A stretch of 61,566 nt of DNA from Clostridia bacterium. GTDB taxonomy: Bacteria; Bacillota; Clostridia; Acetivibrionales; JBAZRJ01. The position numbers and the translations under genes were made by a program. Every line of letters begins with the position of its first letter. Within the stretch, counting starts at the first letter, position 1. Shown one piece after another: positions 61,100 through 61,566 of this stretch. Under the pieces are notes generated by a model. It worked only from the letters and a program-made list of their open reading frames with translations, was not told the DNA's origin and searched no databases. The stretch lies in the NCBI GenBank assembly GCA_041662985.1, contig JBAZRJ010000005.1, positions 1 through 61,566 on the forward strand, given 5' to 3'.

Positions 61100-61179
61100 T
61101 TAATCACCTGATTTATCATTTGTTATTAAAAAGTATACCATTTCATAATACTTCGTGCAACACAGCAAAATTATAGGGT

Positions 61180-61380
61180 AAACGGTTACAGGACGGTTCT
61201 CGGGGACGGTTCTTAATTGTAATATAAAAAATGTGGCAGAGGTTGAAGTTGAAGACGAGTATGTTTTCAAAATAATTTTAAGAGAAAACATCCCGAGTCG
61301 GCAATTTCACACCTCGTGACACATTGATTAAATACTTATTATAAGAACCGTCCCTAAGTGGCGTACCCAAGAACTTTCCC
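61180..61380. repeat. inverted arrays of a GGACGGTTCT motif flanking a ~125-bp hairpin-containing core
   Basis: Two direct copies of GGACGGTTCT at 61191 and 61204, 13-bp period, plus a degenerate AAACGGTTAC at 61180. A perfect inverted copy, TAAGAACCGTCCC, lies at 61342-61354, with a degenerate AAGAACTTTCCC at 61369. Confidence 0.8.
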
Positions 61381-61394
61381 TGAAATTGAAGCGT

Positions 61395-61424
61395 TTGACA
61401 GTGTGTCCACTTTAGTGGTATCAT
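61395..61424 (+). promoter_or_regulatory. promoter of the L-box leader (TTGACA-18-TGgTATCAT)
   Basis: Consensus -35 element and extended -10 element, about 25 nt upstream of the riboswitch. Confidence 0.65.
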
Positions 61425-61446
61425 ATATTAAATTAATAATGAGTTT

Positions 61447-61566
61447 GGTAGAGGTGCGTTTTTTATCAGTATATCTGACTAGAACATGGGAGTTCGATTA
61501 AGCAGATAGAAAGGGAAAAACGCCGAAGGGTATATTATCCCGTTAAATATCCCCTGGTTATTCGGC
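61447..61566 (+). ncRNA. lysine riboswitch (L-box), 3' part cut by window edge
   Basis: GGTAGAGGTGCG...CAGTA...GAAAGGGAAAAACGCCGAAGGG...CCCCTGG parallels the B. subtilis lysC leader (AGAGGUGCG...GAGUA...GAAAGGGGAGCGUCGCCGAAG...CUGG). Confidence 0.8.

Noticed and set aside
61100-61291. A 63-aa minus-strand ORF upstream of the SpoIID-like gene.
   Set aside because: It spans the repeat array, has no SD, and its composition is typical of translated intergenic DNA.
61455-61566. GTGCG at 61455 looked like a group II intron 5' end (GUGYG).
   Set aside because: The surrounding sequence matches the lysine riboswitch core element by element. It is preceded by a sigma-A promoter, and no domain V/VI or reverse-transcriptase ORF is visible.

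Overview
This is an AT-rich, densely coded core-genome segment from a spore-forming Clostridia-type Firmicute. Supporting markers are spoVS, a SpoIID/LytB-domain gene, fapR, a type-A RNase P RNA and a SCIFF peptide. Nearly every gene is on the minus strand; only lexA and one TPR membrane-protein gene are on plus.

Minus-strand gene order by window coordinate, left to right:
- fabG-fabD-fabH-plsX-fapR, then rarA and glyA
- thiI with a cysteine desulfurase
- a divergent SOS pair: a yneA-like LysM gene and lexA, separated by three Cheo boxes
- miaA-mutL-mutS, a ylbF-like gene, and miaB
- a complete PyrR-attenuated pyrimidine operon, pyrR-pyrB-pyrC-pyrF-carA-carB-pyrK-pyrD, ending in a histidine phosphatase and a divergent OPRT-like gene
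- rluD, lspA, an orphan family-5 solute-binding lipoprotein, spoVS, ymdB, rny, folD, ftsK
- rnpB, a nif3-family gene, trmK, and a GT-C-like membrane protein
- two tRNAs, then rpoD-dnaG
- panDCB, secFD
- a SCIFF radical-SAM RiPP cassette inside the queA-tgt-yajC / secDF block
- a SpoIID-like gene
- a 5'-truncated lysine riboswitch (plus strand) at the right edge

I found no CRISPR array, prophage, transposase, toxin-antitoxin pair or recognisable defence island.

The most interesting element is a 46-aa six-cysteine precursor gene that the ORF track misses because it is under 60 aa. It belongs to a described family (SCIFF/ranthipeptide) whose function is still unknown. I do not see a convincingly undescribed multi-gene system here.

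The secondary oddities are:
- the OPRT-like/phosphatase tail of the pyr operon
- an inverted array of GGACGGTTCT motifs
- a 29-bp triplication across the pyrC stop codon
- a repeat-bearing Lys/Glu-rich extension on the primary sigma factor
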